From: Camelus ferus
Taxonomy: Eukaryota
Direction: 5' to 3'
NCBI RefSeq assembly: GCF_009834535.1
Contig: NC_045698.1
Coordinates: 8,558,001 to 8,622,000 of the forward strand
Length of the DNA stretch: 64,000 nucleotides
In this document: piece by piece, positions 51,221 through 61,937 of the stretch
Layout: each line of letters opens with the position of its first letter
How positions within the stretch are numbered: position 1 is the first letter of the stretch
The notes under the pieces: model-generated
Databases searched by the model: none
Told to the model about the DNA's origin: nothing
The model's input: the letters and a program-made list of their open reading frames with translations, nothing else
Program-made: the position numbers and the translations under genes

Positions 51221-51655
51221 AAATACTACTCAGCCATAAAACATAATCTAATAAGGCCATTTGCAGCAACATAGATGGACCTGGAGATTGTCATTCTAAG
51301 TGAAGTAAGCCAGAAAGAGAAAGAAAAATACCATATTATCATATCATATCAATTATAAGTAGAATCTTTAAAAAAAAAAAAAGGACACAACTGAACATTA
51401 TCTACAAAACAGAAACAGACTCACAGATATAGAGAACAAATTTATAGTTACCAGGGGGTAAAGGGGGTGGGAAAGGATAAACTGGGAGTTCGAAATTTGT
51501 ACCTCTTGGGAAGGGATGGAAACGTTAGCTATCTTGATCGTGGTAGTGGTTTCACTGGTGTCTACATGAATCAAAATTCATCAAAGTGTGCATCTGAAAT
51601 CTGTGTAGTTTACAGGTATCACACCACAATAAAGGTGTTTAAAAAAAAGTTTTAA
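51221..51655 (+). mobile_element. Composite L1: younger ORF2-end/3'UTR (to ~51500) joined to an old L1M-type 3' end
   Basis: aatactactcagccataaa...gtcattctaagtgaagtaagccagaaagagaaagaaaaatacc...gggagttcgaaatttgt, then gggatggaaacgttagctatcttgatcgtggtagtggtttcac...aataaag. Confidence 0.8.
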
Positions 51656-51840
51656 TGAATTACCTTCTAATCCTAAAAGGCGACATTCTGAAGAGTTACT
51701 AAAAATATAAGAATCATATTCCTGCTACTTCCTGTTCTTTCTCACTCCCCACCCTTCTGCCCAAAAGGAGACTTCATTTTATCATAATTATCGGAACAGT
51801 GTTCCTTGGTTACACTTCAATCCATTCCCTTTGACAAGGC

Positions 51841-51959
51841 CAACTCTCCAATTTTTAGTCTCCTTAATGGTTCTGAAACTCCTTTATATTTATTATCAGT
51901 CCATTTTCTAATACACAGAAGGTGATACAAACAAGGCTGATGTTAAATTGAATATCAAA
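51841..51959 (+). repeat. Copy 1 of a ~120-bp local direct duplication
   Basis: About 87% identical to 52742-52861 by manual alignment (about 15 differences in 120). Confidence 0.9.
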
Positions 51960-52741
51960 ATTGAATACAAATGAAGTAGAGCGAATATCATTTGAAGACA
52001 CAGGCCAAAAAAAAAAAAAGTCTTCTCTATCCCATTCAAAAGAAAAATTCGGGCTAAAATATGAAGACTAGTTAGACTGTCAAGGCTCAGTTGTGCAACT
52101 CAGACATGATACGGAAGCTCTGTATTGTCCATCACTCCCGATTTTAGCAATGCAACCTAATTCTATCTATTTTCACATTTCTTCTTTAACCCTGAAACTG
52201 ACAAAAAAAAAAGTTCACATGTTTAAAATGTATCTTTCTAATGAAGTTGAACAGTTTATCTTAAAAAGAATAGATTATATATTGATGTCCAGGCACATTC
52301 TTCATGGTACCCAGCACACTGTTAGGCAAATAAATATTCAATAATAAAACTGTTGATTGCCAAACACTTGATGTTTCTTAGCCTAAATGGTATATCCTGG
52401 AAAATATTCTCTTTCAGAGACTGAGAGCTGTCGATCTCAAAGGATTTTACTCAATGGGAATAAATCAAATTATGGAGCCAGACCTATCACAGCAGGATCC
52501 CAAGCACAATGGCCTTCCTAGCTTCCAAACCAATTATTTTTCACCGGTAAAAGCATTACATGGAAGGATACTACCATGGACAATGGAATTATTAAAAACT
52601 TCCAGCAGTAAATTCAATTATAAGGACAATAGGCGCTTGTGAATGTGTCACAGGGAGAAGCAGGAGGGAGGGAAGCTCTTTCTTTCTAGCGCTGATTTTT
52701 TATGAAAATAATAAAATCTGAGCACTGGAAGCTCAACTTAA

Positions 52742-52861
52742 CAACTGCTCCGATTTTTAGCCTCCTTAATGGTTCTGAAACTCCTTTATAAATACCGTCA
52801 GTCCATTTTTTAAAACTTAGAAGGTGATACAAACAAGGCTGATACTAAATTGAACATCAAA
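52742..52861 (+). repeat. Copy 2 of a ~120-bp local direct duplication
   Basis: Shares ctccttaatggttctgaaactcctttata and agaaggtgatacaaacaaggctgat exactly with 51841-51959. Confidence 0.9.
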
Positions 52862-53796
52862 GAGCTAGAAGTACATTGTCAGCATAAAATTGTAATCACC
52901 ATCCATACTTCGCTTCTTCCATCAAAGCACCACTTCCGTCCAAACTAAATCTGAGAATATTATAATCACATCTCTGACGGCAACATATTACATAGACGAT
53001 AACACACAATGAATGATAGTCTTATTTACAGTTGTCTGGGACAAAAGATGGTTTTACATTTCCAAATTCTAGAATTGCCTCCAACATTCTCTAAGAAACA
53101 GGAATGATGATTATCTGAGATCACAGAAGTACACCGAGGGCTAACATCCACTTATCTAACGTCTAACGTGTGGTCCACATAGATCAGAACTCTGATTTTT
53201 TTCCATAGTTTGCAGTCTTCTGCATTGGTTCACCATAACTGGATCATAAATGCTGGCTATTTTTTATTGCACTGCTCAGGTCAGCATTTCCACCTCTTAG
53301 TTATTCCTTGACTTGATTTGCCTTCATGAATCACAGGAAGACATTCCTCCCAAATGAAGGGTATGGCCCCAAGAGCTGACACCACCACCAAGGGCCTTTG
53401 ATGACATTCAGCTCAGGAAAAAAAGATTTAGTCCACAGAAGCAAACAGTCATTTAATTTTAAAGTCAGACAAGTGATGCTGCCCTTCTTCACAATGTCTA
53501 CCTGTAGTCATATGGTAGAAACCATCACTGCGCTACCAAGAAATGGAGTGCAGCCATGGCGAACACAGGCAGAGCACTGCACTTTTGGATATTACAAATC
53601 CTCTAAATATGATTCATGGGAAACAAATATGTCAATCTTATAACCAGGAAAAGTTGAAAGTTTATCTAGAAGTGCATTTTTTCTTCCCTGCAATGAGAGC
53701 TCAGCTTACGGGACTCAGCCCCTTCTTGGCCGTCTGGCAGACCTGGCACTGGCACTCGGGCCCTCTCCTAGATCCGCCATGCACCCACACAGTCTT

Positions 53797-54008
53797 CAGC
53801 AGTTTCTCAACTACGGGACTACTAACCTCTTGGTCAGATAACGCCTTGCTGTGGGGTTGGGGGCCCTCCTGTGCACTGAAGAATGTTAACAGCATCCCTT
53901 GACTTTATAAACTAGATGCCAGTGGCTCCACCCCACCTGCCCTAGTTGTGACAAACATCTCCAGTCAGTGCCAAGTGTCAACTGGGGGCAAAATCATCCC
54001 CAGATGAC
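53797..54008 (-). mobile_element. MER20 hAT-Charlie element
   Basis: agtttctcaac...ctcctgtgcactgaagaatgttaacagcatccc...actagatgccagt...gttgtgacaaac...gggggcaaaatcatcccc. Confidence 0.85.
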
Positions 54009-54174
54009 AAGGGAAATTTACCAATAACTTCAGAGAGAAAGGGAGACAGAGGGGTATTATACTCATCCACTTCTTCAGCCTCTGATAAAGTGAACAAACT
54101 CCTGCTATGATTGAGATAAACGGCTACTAACAGGGACAAGAGTCGAGGCAGATGTCCACTTCCAGATGGAAGCA

Positions 54175-54672
54175 CCACGGGAGGCAAGGCGCCAGCGCTC
54201 GGAGATGTCTGTGCCCTGATCCCCGCCACCGGTGTGTTTTCTGTCTCATGCAAAATGCAGTTAAGGTTGCAGGTAGGACTGCGGTTGCTAATCAGCTGAC
54301 CTTAAAATAGGGAGAGTATCCTGGACTATCCCAGTGAACTCACAAGGGTCCTAAAAAGTGAATCAAGGAGGCAGAAGAGGAGGCTGAGGGGATGTCACAT
54401 GAGAAGGACTCCCCCTCCCATTGCTGGATTTGAAGCTGGAGGAAGGGGCTACAAGCCAGAGAATGCAGGCGGCCCCCAGAAGCCAGAGGGGCAAGAAACA
54501 GTCTCCCCTAGAGCCTCCAAGAGGAACACAGCCCTACTGACACCTTGATCTTAGTTTAGCCCAGGAGATCCAGACCACACTTCTAAGCCAAGAACTGCCA
54601 GAGAAGAGATGTGTTGCTTTAAGCCACTCAAGTTCCGGCAACCTGTTACAGCATCGACAGCAAGCTGCTACA
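54175..54672 (+). mobile_element. MaLR solo LTR (MLT1D/E-like)
   Basis: ttaaggttgc...ggttgctaatcagctgaccttaaaatagggagagtatcctggactatcc...ctccccctagagcctcc...cagccctactgacaccttgatcttag...tttaagccact. Confidence 0.88.
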
Positions 54673-57014
54673 GTCAGCCCTAACCCACCGAGCCTGCGGG
54701 GACGCAGCCCTTGGCTCCGGGGAAGCCTTAGCAAGTCAACCAGCAGGAATGTTCGGTGGAAGGTGACCACATCTCAACAGCATGGGCCACAGTTGATCAC
54801 CTGTGACAACCAGGAGGCCCGAGCTGATGTCTGGGATACGGGAAACGAGAAAAAAAAGCCCGTCTCAGAGATGCATGGGGAGGATTTAGGGACATTTTGT
54901 ACATAAGGTGTGCAGTACAGTGCCTGGCACGCTCAAGTGCTAAGTAAATGTTTACCATGGATATTCGACTGCACTTGCCCTGTGGACAGATGGAAATGCT
55001 TTGGCCACAAAGGGATCATATTTCCTTGGCCAGCCTGGTACTAAGCTACACTTCTGCTCATGCGAAATGCGCAGGGAGAGAGAGAGACCACGTGCCATTA
55101 GGCCTCTCTCCGATTCCTCAGAATGATCAATAACTGCGTGCTGCTCTGTGCGGTCCCGATCCATACACGATTCCAGTCATCATGAACTCACTCCAAGTCG
55201 TTGCCTCCCTGACACCTTATCGGGAGCAGCAGATAAGCAGTAACCATTTTCCTGGCTATCTGCGAGCACCTCTATCATTGTGACAGACGCTTGATGTGGC
55301 ATTCTATTTTCCCTGCCCAGCCTCGCTTTAATATCACAAGCTTGCACGTCATTGAGATTCAAGCTCGCATCTGAACACCTTCTAGACTGTCACGGCATAA
55401 TGACCTTGCCGAGAATGCCCAGCTGGTTAACTGATGCCAAATATCCGGTGAAGCCAGGGATCGTTTCAGCAAATGAAGTTACCCCAGAGAAGCAGGCACT
55501 TGTGAGAGGCTGCAGTGATAATTTTACGTCATGCTGATTCTAGCCAGGAGAACTGCCCCTTCGCTCAGACTCTGTACTGATCTCAGAAAGAAACGTCCAC
55601 TAATTATTTGAGGCAAGAAATAATTGCTGTTTCTGTTTTTATTTGGGAGGAGAAAATACAGAATCACAGAAGACATTACAGACTGAAGAGGAACATCTCA
55701 GATTACTATAATCAGCCAATCGGAACTTTAATGATTATTTAAGATTTTCTCTCTCCTCCTCCATAGAGGTGGCAGTTCTGTTCCAGCAACGGGATGCTCT
55801 GTCGCGCCAGCAGGAAACTTAGAGGTTACTGTTAGAGAGATGAACAGTCATCACTTTTAGAATTATCGTGTATCAGAGCTGAGAGTAACTTGAAAGACCG
55901 ATCACTTTTGCCCTCGGTCAGACGGGGAGAGTCCTCATTTACTCACTCATTTAACAATAATATCTATGCTCTAGAAGGCCTGTACAGGTCTCGGATGGTC
56001 AAACTCGGACCCCTGCATCGCTCAGCAAGTCAGTGGCAGAGTCATGACCCTAAGCCGGAACAATCAATATGCCTATTAAAATGCCAGCTTACACTGTAAC
56101 CAAGGAAAATACTCTGCTATTCACAACCTGTAAGAATATATTAAAAACAGAAGTAGAATCTACACAGAGCTGGAGATACAAACTTTCTTCTTTTTTCATG
56201 CCACAGGCAGGGCCTCAGTGTCACTTTTGATCATCCAAGAGAAACTAGCCGTGCAGAAGGAGGGACAGCAGGCACAGAGTCCCAGTGTGCGGACTAGGCT
56301 GTGACACGGATGACCACGTGTGACCTCTGGACAAGTCGCTCCCCCATTCTTATCCTCATCCTTCTCGCTGACATTATAGATAGATTCTCCATGCTCACAG
56401 GGTCCCTGGATAGTTTCACTGGGTTTTTATAGTTTCAAACTCTGATAGCTTCACATTTATGAGCAATGACTAGGATGAACCTCCATTTTAGTCAGTTTTC
56501 ACCGTAAAATGGAAAGTGTATCCTATGATTCATGTCAAGACCTGCCATGCTGTTCCGTGCACCATCACAGAGAACTGGGTTCCAGGCAGAGAGACGATGC
56601 TGGTATAAACCCTAACAAATAAAAAAAGGCTCGACGCCAAGTGCAGGCACAGCCACAGTGAGATGGGATGCCTGCGTGGCAGGTGCTCCTGGGCCCCCTC
56701 ACAGCCACTCTCCCTGAGGGGCTGCTGTTCTACCACACTGACCACAACTAAGATGTGGGGCTGGACTCCGCATCAGGACAGCCTTCGTGTGTTCCTGTGT
56801 GATCTGATTTTGGTGTGAATTCCCACCTCAGGGTAGTCACACACGGGAACCGTTAACATTAGGACAGAGGACCAGTTCAAGTGAGGGATGAAACCCATAT
56901 AAACTGAAAAAATCAAACTAATAGGGCCTTTGATGTTAAATAACTGGATAGTCAGAGTCAAGAAGTCCATGGAATCCATCTGTTCTTTGAAAGCATCCAA
57001 TTCAAGAATGACAA

Positions 57015-57835
57015 CTACAAAAATGGGGAAAAGATATGAATAGGCATTTCTCCAAAGAAGACATGCAAATGGCCAATAAGCACAAGAAAAAAATGCTCAA
57101 ACACCAGGTAAGTCATCAGGGAAATGCAAATTAAAGCCACAGAGAGACACAGCTTCACACCCATTAGGATGGCTACAATTTTTTTTTTAATGGAAAGTAA
57201 GTGTTGGAGAGAACGTCAAGAAATGTTACTCCTCATGCAATACTGGTGGGAACATTAAACGGTGTGACTACCATGGAAAACACAGAGCAGTTCCTCCAAA
57301 AGAAACAGAACTGCCAAATGATCCAGCAATTCCACACCTAGTACAGACCCAAAGGGCCCGAATGAAAGGACTTCCTCGTAGAGATTTACCCCTGTGTCAC
57401 CGCAACATTATTCACAACAGCCAAAAGGTGCCAACAGCCCAAGTGTCCACCAACAGACAAATGAATAAACAAAATACGGTCTACACATGTAAAGGAATAT
57501 TCAGCAATACACATCATGCTACATGAGACAAGGCAGACACAAACGGATGGACACTGTATGATTCCACTTGCAGACTGACTGTGCCTAGAATAGCCAAGTT
57601 CACAGAGACAGGAAGTAGGATGGCTGCTGGTGGCGGGGCCGGCGGGGAGGCAGGGGATGAGGGTCATTGTTTCACTAGTACTGAACTTCTCTTCGGAAGG
57701 AAGAAAAAGTTCTGAAAACAGATAGCACTCATAGTCCTACAGCACTGCGAATGGACAGAATGCCATTTTAACTGCAGATTTTAAAATAGTTTAAAAGGTA
57801 GATTTTTATATTATGTATGTGTGGCCACAATAGAA
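57015..57835 (+). mobile_element. LINE-1 3' portion (L1MB-like)
   Basis: aaaaatggggaaaagatatgaataggcatttctccaaagaagacatgcaaatggccaataagcac...gaaatgcaaattaaagccaca...aaaaagttctgaaaacagatag. Confidence 0.9.
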
Positions 57836-58261
57836 AAGTATTTTTTAAAAGGCTTTTGCTCAAGAGGTGCACCACAGGGTGACGAGACAAAGCAATCTGG
57901 GCCAGCTGCAAGCATATACCTTTTTCTAGTGCTGAAATAGAGATACAGAGGTATTAGAAACAAAACGAGAAAAAAAATAAGGAAATAGGCTACATAGTCG
58001 AATTCCTTCGACACAGCCCTTAATCGGCATTAAGTATCTCAGGATGCCAGGACTTGGGGATCGCTGGGGAGACCTTGCCGGGGCCTGAGACCACCTGGCA
58101 GGTGCTCACAGGCAGAATGACTGTGAGTGGAAAAGAGGTCACGGTCGAGTTCACCACAACTATCATGACGGCCCTGGTGAGAAAGTCAGAGAGGAAAATG
58201 TGGAGCTGCTGGGGTGGAGGTGGGGGGGGGGGGGTCCAGTAAAAGCCTCCTTTGATCCACA

Positions 58262-58482
58262 TCGCGGTTCTCATCCACGGGTGACCCCTCAGCCCGACCC
58301 CCAGGGGGACACTTGGCAAACTCGAGGGGCACGGCTGTGACCACCGGGGGGTGGGCACTACTGGCATCTGGTGCGCAGAGGCCAGGGACGGCGCTAAACA
58401 TCCCACCACGCACAGGACGGCTCTTGGCACCCGAGAGCTATCCGGCCCGGAACGCCACTGGGGCTGAGCGCGGACATGCTGC
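58262..58482 (+). mobile_element. MER20 hAT-Charlie element, GC/CpG-shifted copy
   Basis: gcggttctcatcc...cccagggggacacttggcaa...ctactggcatctggtgcgcagaggccagggacggcgctaaacatcccaccacgcacaggacgg...tatccggccc. Confidence 0.85.
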
Positions 58483-59004
58483 TCCGTGAGAAAGCTGGCC
58501 CCGCTCAGTGACCAGTCCAGCCGTTACAGTGGAAAGACAGTGACACTGGAGATGTGGAGGCAGAGGCACTGCAGACCCAGGTCTGCTAAGCGCAAACATG
58601 CTTTTGCAAAGTTCCCTGACTTCCGTAAACTCATGACAAAGAAAGCTGCCTGAGCTCAATTCCTTGTAAAAAAGGAGGTGCTGAAACCACCTCAAGTGCG
58701 AGGCTGGCTCTGGCAGGACAGACCAAGAAACCCGGCCATCCCTGCCTCTCTGAGGAGCAGGGGACGCTTCCCTGCCTGTGCGCCCCTACCCCTCCCCTGA
58801 TTCCATTTGGTCATGGAGAGCCGGGCCCAGGACATGCTGGGGAAAGACCAGGCAGGAAAATGGAAGCTGGGGCCAGGGGGGGAACTCGCAAAAATTCCAA
58901 ATCAGGGACAGAGGTCACATTTACAACTGCCATATCAAGCCATCGACTTGTGGAAAACCAACCTTTGGTCTAGACGCAGGAATGAGGTTTCCATCTAAGC
59001 CACC

Positions 59005-59355
59005 TACAATGGACGGAAAGTTTGCGTCCCCTCAAAATGCACATGTTGAAATCCTGACTTCTAATGTGATGGTATTTGGAGGTGGGACCTTTAGGAGATA
59101 ATTAGGGCAACTGAGGGTGGAGATGTCATGAACGGGGCTTATAAAAGACACCCCAGAGAGCCCCCTCACCGCTTTGGCCATGTGAGAACAGAGCAAAAAG
59201 GTGGCCGTCTGTGAATCAGGAAACTAGCTCTCATCAGACACAGGATCTGCTAGCACCTTGATCTTAAACTTGCCAACCTCCAGAACTGTGAGGAACAAAT
59301 GTCTGTTCCTTAAGCCACCCTGTTGATGGTAATTTGCTACAGCAGCCTGAACACT
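59005..59355 (+). mobile_element. MaLR solo LTR (MLT1A-like)
   Basis: tccccctcaaaatgcacatgttgaaatcctgacttctaatgtgatggtatttggaggtgggacctttaggag...caccttgatcttaaacttgccaacctccagaactgtgagg. Confidence 0.9.
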
Positions 59356-59419
59356 GAGCCACCACCTCCCTGTGTGTATATAGCTTGGTCTGTAGCAGAC
59401 ATCACACAGAGGCAGACAC

Positions 59420-59565
59420 ACTGCTTAACCTCTCTGTGCCTCAGTTTCCTCATCTGTAAAATGGACAAAATTACTACCTACTTCATAGGTTGTTACAGGG
59501 ATTCAGGGAGTTAATTATGTGTCAGAATAATACCTGGTACATCAAAAGTGCTACACCTATATTGA
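59420..59565 (+). mobile_element. MIR SINE
   Basis: cttaacctctctgtgcctcagtttcctcatctgtaaaatgga...cctacttcataggttgtt (canonical MIR core). Confidence 0.9.
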
Positions 59566-61851
59566 TAAAATAAAAACTGCAAATACCACGTAATGTTAGA
59601 GGCCAACTGCACTATTTTTTGAGAGAAGGAATTGGAGGCCCAGGGACTTCAAATGTGATGCCTAAATTCCCACAGATCATTCACAGCCGATATTAAAACG
59701 GAAATGTTGGTAGTTAGAAACTGAATACTTGATACCACTTTCAAAGTGCTCTTGCCAAGAAGAAAGATAATATTTGGAGATCTGGGGGTAGGAAATATTT
59801 TAATATTAAAAATGTTCTTCTCTTTGCATCAAAAATATTAATGTTGCATGTAATATACAAGCAGAGGTAAGCCCACGGTAATCTGAAATAATTAACTAAA
59901 CAGTGTCAGGCAAATCTCTCTCAAGTTTATGGCCAAATAACAGTTTTTATTCTCAAATTCACAAGAAGAGTGGGTGTGGCTTTATAAAGTAATAGGGCCA
60001 GGTCAGTCATTCAGTTGTGCTGTTGGCTTCATGACTGGTGACATTTTCATTCAAAACATCGAAACAGCTCATTTCCTAAATTGCTTTGAAGCAAATCTAC
60101 AGAATGCTGGCTTATCTCATAGACTCCCTCCTTTCTCTTTACTGTTTCATTTCCTTCAGAGCTATCAGATTGATAATAATCCAAAATCTTTTTAAAAAGA
60201 AAAACATGGTGAAATCTTCTGAAGCCAGACTTTCAGTTTACCAAGTTCTCAGAAGCTGTACCGAAGACAGACTTTCTGGCACCCTCTAGAGGCTTTACTT
60301 GTGTCTCTAAATGACCTCCACTGAGTATGTAGTTCCTCCTTGTGTTGTTGGTAACACTTCAGTAATTTAAAGTGAAGCAACTCTGCACAATTCATTTTGA
60401 GACCTGAGTCTGGAGGAAAATAAGAGACAACTGAGGCAGTAAGAGTTTCCGCTGGCCAATTTACTATTTTGTTATTGGGAAGAAGAAATGATTAACCATT
60501 TAGAGGGAGGGTGTGTAAAGAAGTAATATGATCTGTTGTGATGACTTCTGGATATTTCCTGCAGAAAACCTATTCACTCCTAAATAGTTATTTAATAGTC
60601 TCTTGCACATCTGTCCAAAACTCCTACACCTTAACAAAAAAATGCAAAAGGTAGTTTCAGGATGTTTACAGTGCTTAAGGTAGAGCACACTCATGGACAA
60701 GTATTTAAAAGTTAACCACTGTCATGATGCCACCTGAAATGACCTGAACTGACACCTAACATGGAAACAGTCACTCCAAAAGTTACTTTTCCAAACCATG
60801 CAAGGCAGCCAGTGGCAGGTGAATGACGGTGCGTCTGTTTCCACGACCAGGGTATGGACACAGATGAGGATTTATCCCACTAACCCCTATATATTTATCT
60901 TTCAAGGGAAATCGGGTCACAAGGAGATTTCATTGACTGTCTGTGAGTTTACCGCTTTATCATAAAGTTAAAATCAATATTAACATGTTGCCTGTAAGTT
61001 GCCTCTCCATCCTGAACCAACTAGAAAGGAGTGCATGGAATTTTAAACATAGCATCTACTTTTTTGCTAGCAGAGCTGAATTGTCAGCTTGGACTGGAGC
61101 CCAAAGCAGCCACTCCACAATGTCCCTTTCTGAGTGGAATCTTCCCAGCTGGGCGAGGAGTTGCAACTGAGGCTACGCCCAAGCCACCGGCCCGAGAAGG
61201 AGAGTATGTGCACTTGGAGAGCAGCCTTGCGCTGACCTTCAACACACTCATTCCACCAACAGAAGGACGAGTTGGGGTAACAAAGAAGACAAGCAAGAAA
61301 GAGCCCAGAAGAGATCACCTAATGTTACCATCCCCAGGGAGTGCAGGGGATAGGAAAACTAGCATAAGATATTCTTGCTTTATTAAAGCTTATTTGGAAG
61401 ATTTCTAGAGAAATACCTCACTGATTTAGTTTCAAGAATATGAAGGGTTTTAAATTATTTTTTACGGAGTGTGTGTGACATGTGGGGAAGCACCATGGTA
61501 ACATGTCTGGACTCTAAAATTGGAGATTTGGGTTAAAATCTTACATTAGAGATTTGATGGCAGTATTTTAAATTAAGACGTATATGAAATCACTTTTATT
61601 ATCTATATTTCACACATGTTTTCATAACTTCACAGCTTCACGTCTGCTAACACCCAAGATGCATACTGTTTGTTACTCAGGTTAATTACCTCCCATCTCA
61701 CCTTCCGTCTGCACACCCCATCATTTTGTGACCATGCAACAAGACTTGTCTCTTTACAGGAAGCATTTTCATAGCTCATGTGTAAGGACACAGAAAAGAT
61801 TCCACGTTTCTCATTTCATTTGGCATTGCAATTTTCTTCTAACTGTGAAAG

Positions 61852-61937
61852 ATGGGGGGAGATTGCCAACATGGCGGAGTAGAAGGACACATAGCTCATC
61901 CTCCCCCACCAATACACCTAGAATTACAACTATGGAG
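61852..61937 (+). mobile_element. Isolated LINE-1 5'UTR start fragment
   Basis: ggggggagattgccaacatggcggagtagaaggacacatagctcatcctcccccaccaatacacc...aattacaacta resembles the first ~85 nt of laurasiatherian L1 5'UTRs, including a YY1-type CATGGCGG site. Confidence 0.65.

Noticed and set aside
51841..52861. Tandem C/D-box snoRNA pair in the 120-bp duplicate
   Set aside because: CTGA occurs, but there is no canonical RUGAUGA box C or terminal stem shared by both copies.
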